DNA of 64,000 bases from IMG/VR virus record IMGVR_UViG_3300024348_000012. The stretch is one strand, 5' to 3'. The number at the start of each line of letters is the position of its first letter. Position 1 is the stretch's first letter. The position numbers were made by a program, and so were the translations under genes. Positions 63,945-64,000 of the stretch are shown here, piece after piece. The notes under the pieces were generated by a model, which worked only from the letters and a program-made list of their open reading frames with translations, did not search any database and had not been told where the DNA came from. Source of the stretch: a virus. Taxonomy: Duplodnaviria > Heunggongvirae > Uroviricota > Caudoviricetes.

Positions 63945-64000
63945 TGTCTAAAATTTTAGAATTATACAAATCAGGTCAATCATCTTTGGGTGTTGACAAA
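63945..64000 (+). CDS. 5' end of a gene running off the window
   Basis: ATG at 63945 (MSKILELYKSGQSSLGVDK...), truncated by the window edge. Confidence 0.3.

Noticed and set aside
1-64000. Nucleocytoplasmic large DNA virus (giant virus) origin, suggested by P4H, SET, multiple glycosyltransferases and a sulfotransferase
   Set aside because: The gp25/gp6 baseplate genes, peptide deformylase, sigma-like factor, Bacteroidetes-type promoter boxes, lipoboxes and ubiquitous ATGA translational coupling all indicate a tailed bacteriophage.
1-64000. CRISPR arrays, rRNA genes, integrase or attachment sites
   Set aside because: No regularly spaced direct repeats with unique spacers, no rRNA-like GC-rich conserved stretches, and no tyrosine/serine recombinase motifs were seen in any ORF.

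Overview
All of this is read from the sequence by eye; no searches or computations were run. The window looks like 64 kb of a large tailed dsDNA phage, a myovirus with a T4-type baseplate. It is visibly AT-rich. About 100 tightly packed genes all lie on the + strand, many with ATGA stop/start overlaps. Every minus-strand ORF in the supplied track sits inside a + strand gene and is treated as spurious.

The host is probably a Bacteroidetes bacterium. One reason is the promoter-like box TTTG-N20-TAnnTTT found seven times, which fits the Bacteroidetes sigma-A -33/-7 architecture. Another is N-terminal signal peptides ending in a Cys followed by S/K.

Left half (1-28 kb): many small novel ORFs. 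These include four paralogous GT10/fucosyltransferase-like glycosyltransferases and a family of small proteins with an 'MLTIKN' N-terminus. There are two SWIM zinc-finger proteins, a 3D-domain protein, an SPFH/band-7 protein and a UvdE-type UV endonuclease. There are also free-standing HNH and GIY-YIG nucleases, and intergenic regions rich in iterons, hairpins and G-tract elements.

Middle (28.8-45.7 kb): an unusual run of enzymes that modify proteins or small molecules. It contains a flavin-dependent tryptophan-halogenase-family enzyme and four clear P4H-like 2OG-Fe(II) oxygenases plus a fifth weaker cupin-like candidate. It also has a SET-domain methyltransferase, two sulfotransferase-like proteins, an SDR, three SGNH/GDSL hydrolases and a NodU/CmcH-type carbamoyltransferase. 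Just upstream sits a 485-aa protein with a Hint (intein-like) domain. The Hint domain's first residue is Val, not Cys. The domain ends in HN followed by a 30-aa, six-cysteine tail. I read this as a candidate autoprocessing precursor of a cysteine-rich peptide with a tailoring cluster. That is a hypothesis, not a demonstrated system.

Auxiliary genes: peptide deformylase, a NadM-like NMN adenylyltransferase, an HD phosphohydrolase, an Hsp20 and a sigma-70-like factor.

Right end (46-64 kb): structural genes. These are gp25-like and gp6-like baseplate wedge proteins, a spike-like protein, coiled-coil fibre paralogs (one with a Gly-rich tandem repeat) and a 1542-aa structural protein.

No rRNA, CRISPR array or convincing tRNA was seen.
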